Origin: an uncultured virus (IMG/VR IMGVR_UViG_3300020044_008989)
Lineage: Duplodnaviria > Heunggongvirae > Uroviricota > Caudoviricetes
DNA: 64,000 nucleotides
Reading direction: 5' to 3' (one strand)
Virus record (IMG/VR): IMGVR_UViG_3300020044_008989
Coordinates: 1-64,000 of that record
The notes under the pieces were generated by a model, which saw nothing but the letters and a program-made list of their open reading frames with translations, did no database searches and had not been told where the DNA came from. The translations under genes were made by a program, and so were the position numbers. Below are positions 9,081 through 18,345 of this stretch, piece after piece. Numbering within the stretch: position 1 is the stretch's first letter; every line of letters begins with the position of its first letter.

Positions 9081-10136
9081 TCAAGGGTTATTTATATCGT
9101 GCAACACCATTTTCTCCACAAGCTGTTCAAACGAAACTTTGGGTTTCCAGTTTAATTCTTCTCTGGTTTTTGTAGAGTCTCCCCATAGTGTTTCCACCTC
9201 GCAAGGACGGAAAAATTGAGGGTCAACCTCCACAAGTACACATGACTTTATTCCAGAAACGTCTAAAACCCAATTCGGGACAATAAATTTTTCGCCCAAC
9301 CCTTCTCCAATCCACGTTCCCTCGATACCAGCAGCCAAAAATGCCTTTTCCACAAACTCTCTGATTGTATGAGTTTCATTGGAAGAGAGAAGATAGTCTT
9401 TAGGCTGATCTTTATTTAACATCAACCATACGGCCTCCACAAAATCTTCAGAATCGCTCCAATCTCTAGTAGCAGAAAGATTCCCAAGTTTAATCGGTTC
9501 GAAGGGTTTTTGATTTTGAATGTCTGAATTAATCCTCGCGACACCTTTTGTGATTTTTCGAGTCACGAAAATTTGATTCCTGCGAACCCCTTCATGATTG
9601 AAAAGCGTCCCAGATACAGCAAAAATCCCATAACTCTCCCTGTACACCTTACAAAGGTAGTGAGCGGCAACCTTGCTGACGCCATACACGGAGCGAGGAC
9701 TGAATGGGTGGTTTTCATCTTGCGGAGAGTATTTAACATCTCCGAACATTTCGGACGAGTTGGCTTGATAAAATCTTGTGTGCGGCGAATGCTTTTTAAT
9801 GGCCTCAAGAATATAGAGAACGGCCAAAGTATTCGTGTTTAAATGAACGACTGGTTGCGACCATGAGTTCCCAACAAAACTCGCGCCCGCAAAATTAATA
9901 AAGTAGTCTGGTTTATACTTACTAATCAAGGCGTCCATATTTAGGGCGTCTGTAATATCAGCTTCTTCTGTTTTAAAACGCGGGTTTCCGATGTTATGGC
10001 GGAAATTATCCCAGTTTTCATTGCTAAGATGACGAACAATCCCAACTACATGACAATCTGTGTTTTGGAGCAGGTAATCAACCATGTTAGCCCCGTCCAT
10101 TCCGCTTACTCCTGAAACAATAACTGTTTTTGACAT
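9081..10136 (-). CDS. gmd: GDP-mannose 4,6-dehydratase
   Basis: SGVSGMDG, NFAGASFVGNSW, YQANSSEMFG, PRSVYGVSK, LFNHEG.RR, FVTRKIT, LGNL.A.RDW, FRPCEVETLWGD. Confidence 0.95.
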   Translation of the reverse strand: MSKTVIVSGVSGMDGANMVDYLLQNTDCHVVGIVRHLSNENWDNFRHNIGNPRFKTEEADITDALNMDALISKYKPDYFINFAGASFVGNSWSQPVVHLNTNTLAVLYILEAIKKHSPHTRFYQANSSEMFGDVKYSPQDENHPFSPRSVYGVSKVAAHYLCKVYRESYGIFAVSGTLFNHEGVRRNQIFVTRKITKGVARINSDIQNQKPFEPIKLGNLSATRDWSDSEDFVEAVWLMLNKDQPKDYLLSSNETHTIREFVEKAFLAAGIEGTWIGEGLGEKFIVPNWVLDVSGIKSCVLVEVDPQFFRPCEVETLWGDSTKTREELNWKPKVSFEQLVEKMVLHDINNP

Positions 10137-10139
10137 ATA

Positions 10140-10502
10140 TTATACTAGCGTCTCGTAGCCGATTTTCCTCTCAGACATTTCACCGTTGAAGAACTTTTCT
10201 TGGATTTTCTTCTTACAAAGAAACCTTTGGTAGTTTAAAGAATCAAGGGCCGAAGCGGGTATGCCGTCCTTTTTTGCTAAATCCACTCCGTCGAAAACCT
10301 TGTCGTTAGCATCAACCAGCGCATCAAACTCTGGAGAGTCGATAATTTCAGAAAACTTATCGAGCGAAATCTGACTTTTAATTTCAATAGCGAAATCAAA
10401 GTAGTTCTTGTAAGCCGCTATTGATGGAGCCTTTCTTGATTTTACAAGGGAGATTGCCAGAACATCCAAAGCGTAGGCTTCGTCAACGGAGATTTTGATC
10501 AT
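10140..10502 (-). CDS. DUF6165/DUF4254-like helical protein, typical of glycosyltransferase loci
   Basis: ISVDEAYALD.L.I..K, L..AN..VFD, N..R...K..I pattern. Confidence 0.55.
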   Translation of the reverse strand: MIKISVDEAYALDVLAISLVKSRKAPSIAAYKNYFDFAIEIKSQISLDKFSEIIDSPEFDALVDANDKVFDGVDLAKKDGIPASALDSLNYQRFLCKKKIQEKFFNGEMSERKIGYETLV

Positions 10503-11737
10503 CGTTTTACAACTTCTAGTGTTGGAAGTGGGAAAATAAACGCCCCGCCGCCATCTAAGAAACTCTTTTCGCGGCGAAGAATTTCATCCCTGAATCCAAC
10601 TAAGGAACAAAGGTAGTGGGTTGCCGTTTTACGGGACTCTTCTTCTGAGATAATGGAGATTCCAGAAAGTGTTTTTGCTCCAAATTTCTCAGGACTTCTT
10701 TCGGCGGCATATGGGACTAAATTAGGGCCAATACCAGCGTATTCCAAGATAGTGTTCATCTTCGTTGACGCCCCATACAGATGAACCACTCCGCCATCCT
10801 TTACAATATTCTGAATAGCCTCATTTAAATCTTGCGCCGATTGATTTACAGCGGCAGCAAATTTATCATATGTGCTCTGTTCGTCAAGTTCAGCCTCGAA
10901 TTCTTCAAAACGAAGCCTCTTAAGGTCATTGGCCCATTCTTCGTTGTCGTATCTATCGCAGTTATTATGGCAGACATAGACAAGAATCGACCCGCCATTT
11001 GTTGAGGTTTTTTCGGCGCGGAATAATTTCAAACCATTATCTTCCAAAAGCCTTTCAAAGGGAGCAAGGTGATAATGAGAACAATGTTCAAGAAGGATTT
11101 GGTCGTAGGCTAAATTTTGAAGCATTGAGGGCCAATACGCAAATTCGGCCAACCATAGGCCGTCTTTGTTTAGGCGTTTTTTAATTTCAGCGACAAATTC
11201 ATGTGGTTCGTTTACATCGTAGAAACAAGCGATGGACGTAATGATGGAAATGTTATCGCATTTCAGTTTCTTCGTAGGGAAGACTTCATTGATAATTTCC
11301 AAGTCTGTCTGCTTGGCGGCGATGTTTGATGGGTCAACTCCGATTCTTTTAAAGGAGTCTGAATACCCGCGAAGTAGCGTCCCGTCATTTGCGGCAATAT
11401 CCAATACAACGCCGTCAGTGAATCCACTAATTCGAACAGCTTCTTTGGCGATTGACTGCAAGTGGTTGGTCATGGTTTGACTAATCCCCGACTGATACCA
11501 ATAATTACGATAAAGAATCTCTGGAGACACCGAAACATCTGCCTGAATCAGCCCGCAGGCATCTTCATTTTTACTTGTATCGCAACGAACAATTCTATTG
11601 GACACTTTCCTGCGTGGGGGAGGAAGGCTATCTGGATGTTCAAACGCTCCTTGGACATGCTGCTTACCAAGATCAAGAACCTCAGTTAAGTGTTCGTTCC
11701 CGCAGATTCGACAGAATTGGTGTTTTTTGACGTGCAT
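10499..11737 (-). CDS. NDP-sugar C-methyltransferase (TcaB9/NovU-like, Zn-binding)
   Basis: CRICG...LDLG.Q, C....CGLIQ, VLDIAANDGTLL, EH..HY, TNGGSI, YGASTKMNT. Confidence 0.88.
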   Translation of the reverse strand: MHVKKHQFCRICGNEHLTEVLDLGKQHVQGAFEHPDSLPPPRRKVSNRIVRCDTSKNEDACGLIQADVSVSPEILYRNYWYQSGISQTMTNHLQSIAKEAVRISGFTDGVVLDIAANDGTLLRGYSDSFKRIGVDPSNIAAKQTDLEIINEVFPTKKLKCDNISIITSIACFYDVNEPHEFVAEIKKRLNKDGLWLAEFAYWPSMLQNLAYDQILLEHCSHYHLAPFERLLEDNGLKLFRAEKTSTNGGSILVYVCHNNCDRYDNEEWANDLKRLRFEEFEAELDEQSTYDKFAAAVNQSAQDLNEAIQNIVKDGGVVHLYGASTKMNTILEYAGIGPNLVPYAAERSPEKFGAKTLSGISIISEEESRKTATHYLCSLVGFRDEILRREKSFLDGGGAFIFPLPTLEVVKR

Positions 11738-11751
11738 GTTCCTTATATTAG

Positions 11752-12519
11752 CTAATTGCCCCAGTTTTCTCCATAGTGTCTTGCCGCAAAATCATAATGA
11801 TAGGCCGACAACCCATGTTTGGGCCACTCAAAATCAATGCGGGGCATGGGGTAGAAGTATTTGGGCATCAGTTCTTCGCTCAATTTTAGCGCGTCTTCCC
11901 ATTTCGGGGAGAAGTCCCATAGATAGTAATGAGGGTTTTCGACCATCTGTTTAACTCTGTCGTCCTTGCGCGCAAGATAGTGAGAAGCGATATAACACTC
12001 GGCGCGGGTTTGGTAGCCGTAGAACCCCATATGCGGCCAAGCATCGGGCGGATTAGAGACGTGATGCCAACTTGGATCGTGCGGCGCGGTAAAAAGTTCC
12101 TTCAATTCTTCCGTGCGACCCCAAAAACTATGGTCGCGAGGATGAAATGGAAACGACTTATAGAACCCCAACGTGCCAATTTTATCTGGGGTTTGAATCA
12201 TGCGCTCAAACATGATGTTCATACTATCCAAGGAAATCTTTTGGTCGGAACGAAGTTTAACGGCAAATTCCGTCGTCACTTCCGACATTCCTCTATGTGA
12301 CGTAGTAAGTTGAGCGTTACGATTGCCAATGCTTCCATTGGTTAATGGCAACGATGACACAACTTTTATTTTATTACCGTCAAACAAAGAATTTTCCAAT
12401 GTTATTTCTCCGTCCCAGCACGAAATAATGATTTTGCCAACCCATGGCAATTCAGAATAAAGATTAACTATTTCTGCCGAGTAGGCATTAAATGGTCCTT
12501 GTAAAACTAGGTCTATCAT
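11752..12519 (-). CDS. WavE-like glycosyltransferase (LPS synthesis family)
   Basis: IDLVLQGP, IIISCW, NRNAQL.TS..G, KLRSDQ, PFHPRDH.FWG; start refined to ATGA overlap at 12519. Confidence 0.78.
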   Translation of the reverse strand: MIDLVLQGPFNAYSAEIVNLYSELPWVGKIIISCWDGEITLENSLFDGNKIKVVSSLPLTNGSIGNRNAQLTTSHRGMSEVTTEFAVKLRSDQKISLDSMNIMFERMIQTPDKIGTLGFYKSFPFHPRDHSFWGRTEELKELFTAPHDPSWHHVSNPPDAWPHMGFYGYQTRAECYIASHYLARKDDRVKQMVENPHYYLWDFSPKWEDALKLSEELMPKYFYPMPRIDFEWPKHGLSAYHYDFAARHYGENWGN

Positions 12520-12974
12520 AAGAATTTCTTTTTGCAATCTAAAATATAATCAGAACAAACGCCCCCAAATTCAGAATAATTGCAGCTAACTACTTCTTCT
12601 TTGGAAAGAAGAGGAACGATGCACTCGGATTGGAGGTTCTTCGTTTGGCCGTGGCACCAAATATAGTTCATTCCAACAAGGGAAAAGTTGTCTTTTTCGT
12701 GCCAAAACACCCTGTAAGTATTTCTATAGCGGGCCAATAATTTCAGCGTTTCAAAGTCTTTCGCGTGAAGCCAGAGATGCGAGCTTCTTTTTAAGAGCCA
12801 GCTTTCACAAACACTATATTGGCACTCGTCATGTCCAAGCCAGAACCCACAGTCATATCTAACGTCGCATTCTACATCGACGCCAAGATTTAGCGCCTCA
12901 TCAATGTAATCTGGAGAGTTTTCCCGCTCTGGAATCGGGCCGTCTATGTTCCCCCTATGTGAGATAAAAATCAT
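12516..12974 (-). CDS. GDPD/PI-PLC-like phosphodiesterase-fold protein of capsule loci
   Basis: MIFISHRGN..GP...ENSP.YI, VECDV, LGHD, WLHAK, FWH, GVCSDY. Confidence 0.8.
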   Translation of the reverse strand: MIFISHRGNIDGPIPERENSPDYIDEALNLGVDVECDVRYDCGFWLGHDECQYSVCESWLLKRSSHLWLHAKDFETLKLLARYRNTYRVFWHEKDNFSLVGMNYIWCHGQTKNLQSECIVPLLSKEEVVSCNYSEFGGVCSDYILDCKKKFL

Positions 12975-13264
12975 AGTTCTTCTATTCTCTTGGTTTTGTC
13001 GTCAATAAAAAGGTCGTAGTAAGGTTTGTCGCACTTGAGTTCGTGGAATTTTGCGCCCCAAGAAATTAATTGAGAATGGGTAAGGTCGTACCAATTTTCC
13101 CCACTTCTACTGCCTCTTGCAGTCCAATATACAATTTCATTACCAGCATCGAAGAGAGCATTAATCTTGGAAATGTTTTGGGGTATTGGTTTCGATAAGG
13201 AATAATCTCTTGGATTGTCAGGTGTTTCGCAAATCGTTTCGTCAATGTCAACTCTTATTCTCAT
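12971..13264 (-). CDS. minimal HAD phosphatase (capsule biosynthesis phosphatase-like)
   Basis: DIDETIC, YWTARG, KP.YD.FIDDK. Confidence 0.85.
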   Translation of the reverse strand: MRIRVDIDETICETPDNPRDYSLSKPIPQNISKINALFDAGNEIVYWTARGSRSGENWYDLTHSQLISWGAKFHELKCDKPYYDLFIDDKTKRIEEL

Positions 13265-14078
13265 GGTAGGCTTTCCAGTAATAGTAGCAGCATTTCAAAT
13301 CTTTTTCGTTTTTTACTTGACCACCATTTAAAATAGTCTTCCACGCTTCAAAATTTTTTACCTCTTCTGGAGTTCCAAAAACAGTTGCGAATGGCGTATC
13401 GTAAAAGCCTACCTTTAAGCCATCTTGAATAAGAAGATTGTACACCAATGTAGTGTAGAATTCGCCCTTGTAAGATAAATCTTGTTCTACGGCCAGATCA
13501 AAATACTTTTTTACCATTGACCCTTTTCTAAAGTAATACGCTCCAGTAGAAGCGTGTTCATCTAAAGGATTATCAGTGTAACACTCCTTTTCCTTGATTT
13601 CTGAAAAAAGACACGTTCCAGGGATGTCTTTGACGAAAGCCATTTTGGTATTAGCCAGCGTATGAGGGTGGAAACCAGAGTGCGTTAAAACACAACCATC
13701 CATTTCTGCGCGCCGAACAAAATTCTTGAAATGCTCATAGCTCCAAACAAGCGGGTTATCACAATAGCAAACGATAACTTCTTCGTCATCATCAATAAAA
13801 TCATAAGCCTGTTGAACAGTGAAGACTGGCCCCTTTTTATGAGGAGGCATAGAAACAATCGCCGCTTCTGGTCTTAAGGACAAAAGAACGTCTCTCATAT
13901 CCGTGTTCTCTAAGTGAGCGTCATTACAGACAAAGACGAATTGATCGTCCTCATTAAACATTTCTGAGATATACTCAATAATTCTCTTGCCTCCGACCTT
14001 GATTAGAGGTTTTGGGTCTTTATATCCAACGTCAATAAATCGTTGACCTTGGCCAGCCATGGGCGCTATAATTTTCAT
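13248..14078 (-). CDS. sugar-phosphate nucleotidyltransferase (GT-A fold)
   Basis: PMAGQGQRF..GY..PKPLI, CYCD, IKEK, ASTGAYYF, GEFY, FGTPEE. Confidence 0.88.
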   Translation of the reverse strand: MKIIAPMAGQGQRFIDVGYKDPKPLIKVGGKRIIEYISEMFNEDDQFVFVCNDAHLENTDMRDVLLSLRPEAAIVSMPPHKKGPVFTVQQAYDFIDDDEEVIVCYCDNPLVWSYEHFKNFVRRAEMDGCVLTHSGFHPHTLANTKMAFVKDIPGTCLFSEIKEKECYTDNPLDEHASTGAYYFRKGSMVKKYFDLAVEQDLSYKGEFYTTLVYNLLIQDGLKVGFYDTPFATVFGTPEEVKNFEAWKTILNGGQVKNEKDLKCCYYYWKAYHENKS

Positions 14079-15427
14079 AAAGATTGACGGTATTGTTCTT
14101 CGGGCATATTGTACAGCATATCAACCTCTTCGGGCGAAAGAAACTTTGGAGTAAGTTGGGCGGTTCTTAAGAGATGAAGGATGTGGCGATTTAATGGTCC
14201 CATCTCACTCGGAAATACTCCAGCATCAGGGAAAAGCGGTCCATATTCTTGATCTGAAGTTTCGGTATCAATGAGCGTTTCAATGTTTTTTGATAGCCAG
14301 TTTTTGCACTTTTGGTCTATATATTCTGTTAGAGATGCTGACTCATCCTTATTTGAGGACGACGTTATTAATCCATGATTTTCAAGAAAAATTATTTGGT
14401 CGCCGTTAATATTTTCAGAGAGTTTTTTTCCTGGTTCTACATAAGCGACGAATTCAAACTGCTCTCCCTTAAAAATTTGCCATCTTAAAATATCTTCAGC
14501 CTCTTTGCTGCATAAAATAGCGCTCAAATGAACTGGATGGGTGTGGACAACGTATTTTTCGGGCAACTTCAAGTGAAAACCAATCTCCATTGACGGTTTT
14601 TCATCGCCAGACTTTCTCACTCCGTTTTCGTCACATACGCAAAATCCATGATTGAGATTAACATCTTCGAGTTTCGAACCAGAAGATTTAATGATTAGGC
14701 CGCTTTCTGATTTTACTGAGATATTCCCGCCGCGCCCCTGAACTAATGAGGGGTCAAGCGAAACGTTTTTACACAAGGATACAAAATCACAGAGACAATT
14801 ATAAAACTCCTGAACTTTAGAAATAAACTCCGAATGCTCCTCGCTACATCCGTGACCAAGGTAAATTGACTCGTCTTGCTTTCTCTCGAAATAAAAGAGA
14901 ATATTAGAGTTGTTTATTTGCGGGGTGATATATTTTTTTTCGTCGCTTTCTCTTCTTTTCAAGATTTCGGATACTTGAGTCCCTGTATATCCTCTTTGAT
15001 GGGTGTCCCGTTTAAGTTTCCATTCATTTTTTAGACTATCGTTCGTATCAACAAAAATCTTAATGTCCGAAATTTCTAAAACCCTTGGATCATAGAGCGC
15101 GTGAAGACCTTCGTAGATGATTATTTTTTCGGGAGACCCTTTTATTGATCTGTTATGAAATTCTCCAGTTTCGTGAGAATAGGTTTTTCTTGAAATTGTT
15201 TCGCCGTTCTTTAATTGGAGCAAATCTTGAAATCCCCTGTCTAAATCGTTGCACTCAGGATCAAGATGAGTTTTTGTTTCCCAAATAGAATTTTTTCTCT
15301 CCCATTTATGAAGGTCATCGCCGCTAATACAAATGACGTTTTCTTCGCCAAGAACGTGTTGGATGATTTTTGAGATTGTTGATTTTCCAACCCCAGAAGA
15401 GCCTGCGATGGAAATTAGTTTAGGCAT
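14075..15427 (-). CDS. fusion: phosphoribulokinase/uridine-kinase-like P-loop kinase + class II aldolase/epimerase domain
   Basis: N: AGSSGVGKST, GDDLH, EGLHALY, WKLKRD..RGY, YITPQ; C: QGRGGNISVK, KPSME, VVHTHP, LENHGL. Confidence 0.85.
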   Translation of the reverse strand: MPKLISIAGSSGVGKSTISKIIQHVLGEENVICISGDDLHKWERKNSIWETKTHLDPECNDLDRGFQDLLQLKNGETISRKTYSHETGEFHNRSIKGSPEKIIIYEGLHALYDPRVLEISDIKIFVDTNDSLKNEWKLKRDTHQRGYTGTQVSEILKRRESDEKKYITPQINNSNILFYFERKQDESIYLGHGCSEEHSEFISKVQEFYNCLCDFVSLCKNVSLDPSLVQGRGGNISVKSESGLIIKSSGSKLEDVNLNHGFCVCDENGVRKSGDEKPSMEIGFHLKLPEKYVVHTHPVHLSAILCSKEAEDILRWQIFKGEQFEFVAYVEPGKKLSENINGDQIIFLENHGLITSSSNKDESASLTEYIDQKCKNWLSKNIETLIDTETSDQEYGPLFPDAGVFPSEMGPLNRHILHLLRTAQLTPKFLSPEEVDMLYNMPEEQYRQSL

Positions 15428-16317
15428 TTATCTATGGTGCTATCGACCACTTCTATCAACTTTTCTTCCGAAAAAGCATCTAAAAAAGGCTTCAAATGCC
15501 CGACCCCGAAAGAAATAATTTCGCGCAGACTGTGTTTCGACAGTAAGAACTTATCTTCCATGTTGATGTGTCGATACATAACAGAGTCAGAGATGGCGAT
15601 TGGTTTTCTTGCCGACAGGGCTTTGTCAATAACGCTGCTTAATCCGCGCTTTTCGTTTTCAAAAGGGGGGTACAAAAAGACATTGGCCGTATTCGCCGAA
15701 AGCAGAGAAATTAATTCGCCGTCGTTCAGGAAATTAGTGGAGACTTCTATGGTGATCTTTGGTTTGTTTAGATTCCAAAGTTGCTGTTGGATTGTTGCGA
15801 GGATGTTATTTAGACCTTCGCCGCTTGGATGCTGGGGGATATGGAGGCGAATTTTGGCTTCGTCATAAGATTGAGATACGACAGTTGCAATGTGCTGATA
15901 GTTTTTACTGCTAAAATCGAATCCACACGAACCAATCGTCACGATTTTAGGATCAGGGAGCGGCGAAAAGTTTTTTACAGGGCGCGGAAGTGGAATGTTT
16001 TTCCCCGTGTTTTCGGAAGTAGAGTCGCAATTTAGAACGTATTTTAGGGCGTCAAATTCTGGATAGCAATCGTGACCTCCAATCGCCATGCAAGGAAGCC
16101 CTGTTCTTTTGATATGATCGTTAGAAAGCCACGGGAATAGTTTCTCGTGGTAGTTAAAAATGACCACATCATAAAGATGATACTGTTCGCGGCCCGAAAA
16201 ATAAGAAAGGTCGTATTCGTGAGTTTCTGACTTTTCGAGGATACTATGAAGGGAAATTAAAAATTGATGCACGCCACATCGTTTATCTGGAGGATTTATT
16301 AAAAGTACCTTACTCAT
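15415..16317 (-). CDS. GT-B (GT4-like) glycosyltransferase
   Basis: CGVHQF, IGSCGF...KNY, GLSSVID.ALSARKPIAIS. Confidence 0.7.
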   Translation of the reverse strand: MSKVLLINPPDKRCGVHQFLISLHSILEKSETHEYDLSYFSGREQYHLYDVVIFNYHEKLFPWLSNDHIKRTGLPCMAIGGHDCYPEFDALKYVLNCDSTSENTGKNIPLPRPVKNFSPLPDPKIVTIGSCGFDFSSKNYQHIATVVSQSYDEAKIRLHIPQHPSGEGLNNILATIQQQLWNLNKPKITIEVSTNFLNDGELISLLSANTANVFLYPPFENEKRGLSSVIDKALSARKPIAISDSVMYRHINMEDKFLLSKHSLREIISFGVGHLKPFLDAFSEEKLIEVVDSTIDKCLN

Positions 16318-16883
16318 ACGAAGATTGTTGATTTTGTATTGGTTTTTTCCTTAAACATATTCCACTCTTCAAGCGTCATATCGTTCTTCATTTTATTTTC
16401 AAAAAGGGTCATAATGGCTAAATTATTTTTTGTCGCCCTTCCTCCCCTTGAATATGGTGTGACATGATCAATAGATGGGGTTAACCATCTGTTTTTAGAT
16501 GACTTAATCCAGTTTTCATAAAGTCTTTTATAATCATGGCTAAGGTAGAGCGACATAAATATATCTTCGTAGGATTCGGGCGAAGGTTTGTTTCTTTCTT
16601 TGCTTAAGATATTGGCGAGATATAAGGCCATCTCAGGATTAGATATTTGACTTTGACTTTCTTCGCTCAACATGGTTCTTTTAAACCATCTATGTAGTTT
16701 TTCTTGGGGATTAAGGTGTCTAATTTTCCCCATACGTCTCTTAATTTCAATTCCAGCCTCATTAAGAGCTATTTTAACAGTCCCCAAACAAACGTCGTAT
16801 TCATCTGCTAAGGCGGAGATTGTTTTATTTGTGTTTTTATACGCCTCTACTATTAAAGAGTTTCTTAATTTTCGATTTTTCAT
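16314..16883 (-). mobile_element. HNH homing endonuclease with N-terminal HTH
   Basis: PSIDHVTPYSRGG..TKNNL....ENKMK; AT-rich insertion in the GT operon. Confidence 0.8.
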
Positions 16884-17422
16884 TTTAAAATTAAATCCGA
16901 TGTTAGTTCAATTTCTTTTTTAAAACTTTCCCATTCTAAATAATTCATCCTATCTTTTGCTCTATTTTCGAACCAAGTAAGAAATTGCAAATTAGTTAGC
17001 TCCCACGATCCCCCTTGACACAACGGAGTGATGTGATCTAAAGATGGCTGATACCAATACCCTTGATTATGATCCAACCATGTGGAATAAATTTTATTAA
17101 ATTGAGGACAATGATAATATTTTTTCAGGAAAGAAAGAAAAAGTTCTCTTGTGTTGAAAAACGACCTACATCTTCCAGATGCCTCTACTAGATATTTAAG
17201 TTTTAAAAAATCTTCAAATTCTTTCAAATCTTCTAAAGAAATATCTGGCACCTGTAAATGCCAGATTAGGTTTTTTCTTTTGCCCTCTTCAGGATGGGGA
17301 ACGCCCTTATTATGCGCTGGTTTTCCCTTTCTTAAGTCTGATAACTTTTTCTTATTTTCGACAGAGCGGGTAAATGCTCCCTTACAATTTAAAATGCGTT
17401 TTGATAACGATGGTTTCTTCAC
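16880..17422 (-). mobile_element. HNH homing endonuclease with NUMOD3-like N-terminus
   Basis: KGKPAHNKG; PSLDHITPLCQGG...TNLQ....ENRAK. Confidence 0.8.
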
Positions 17423-17430
17423 ATATCTCT

Positions 17431-17436
17431 TTACAC
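17431..17436 (-). promoter_or_regulatory. GTGTAA phage-type promoter element, 8 nt before GTG 17422
   Basis: same motif and spacing recur before 5 other genes. Confidence 0.55.
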
Positions 17437-17467
17437 TTTAAATTACCCCACAGACAAGGATTAACGA

Positions 17468-18163
17468 TTAAGACTTTAGCCATGTGAAGTATTTTATAGA
17501 AGGAGACTCGTATCGCCATTCGCCGCTAGTGAATAGCGGCCCATCTTCTGGTTCATAAACATTGACCAAACATCCAACCGCTACGGCCAAATGCATGACG
17601 CCCGTATTTGCACCATCGAACCGACCAACTTTTCTCAGTAGGCAAATCAACTTTCTTAACTCAAGATTATCGAGCGTATCGCACGGCCATTGAACATTAG
17701 AGTCGCTCTGAACTACGATAGGTGTTTGGCCTTTTAATTTTGCGCCATAAATAATTTCTTGGGCAATGTCCATGGGTAAATCTCGGACATTGGACCATTT
17801 TTTTGACACGAATGGACAGATAATTACAGGATTAGGTTTATCCTTGAGGTATTCAGCAACCCACGACTCAGAATCGGGGTCAGAGTACAGAACAATTGGC
17901 CGAATGTCCATATTTTCTGCGTCGGAGCCAAAGAACGTCCTTAATTTTCTTCTTGCGTACGGCCCATCTCCAGTATCTTGAACAGGAACGAGTTCGCTAG
18001 GTTGGCAAAGCTCAACATTAGCCAGTCCATGAAAAAGAATAGAAAACCGTGATTGCTCCATGGGGAGTTGGACGGTCAACCTATTGGGGATCGCACGAAG
18101 AATAGGGGTCAAAAGGAGGTTGTCTCCGAGGCCCATTGCGTGCGCTGGTGAGGAAATCTTCAT
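17468..18163 (-). CDS. GT9 (heptosyltransferase-like) glycosyltransferase
   Basis: GLGDNLLLTP, LRKLICLL..VG.FDGANTG.MHLAVAVG; start refined to ATGA overlap at 18163. Confidence 0.78.
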   Translation of the reverse strand: MKISSPAHAMGLGDNLLLTPILRAIPNRLTVQLPMEQSRFSILFHGLANVELCQPSELVPVQDTGDGPYARRKLRTFFGSDAENMDIRPIVLYSDPDSESWVAEYLKDKPNPVIICPFVSKKWSNVRDLPMDIAQEIIYGAKLKGQTPIVVQSDSNVQWPCDTLDNLELRKLICLLRKVGRFDGANTGVMHLAVAVGCLVNVYEPEDGPLFTSGEWRYESPSIKYFTWLKS

Positions 18164-18345
18164 GACCACAATAAATCAATCGCAGCGTCAGCCGCATCAA
18201 GCCAGCCTTTTGATTGTTTTTCTTTAGTTGGGTCATCGTGAAAATCCTTCCAACAAGGGAGAGGGTCGCCGTTATAATTTTTGCCGCCAACTGATTGACA
18301 ATAGACAGTATATAAGCGTTTTGCTACAGTGTAGGTGTCGATCAT
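18160..18345 (-). CDS. hypothetical protein
   Basis: coupled short ORF. Confidence 0.6.
   Translation of the reverse strand: MIDTYTVAKRLYTVYCQSVGGKNYNGDPLPCWKDFHDDPTKEKQSKGWLDAADAAIDLLWS

Noticed and set aside
14075-15427. Calvin-cycle phosphoribulokinase auxiliary gene
   Set aside because: Fused to a class II aldolase and coupled to nucleotidyltransferase/GT genes; no photosynthesis or carbon-fixation context
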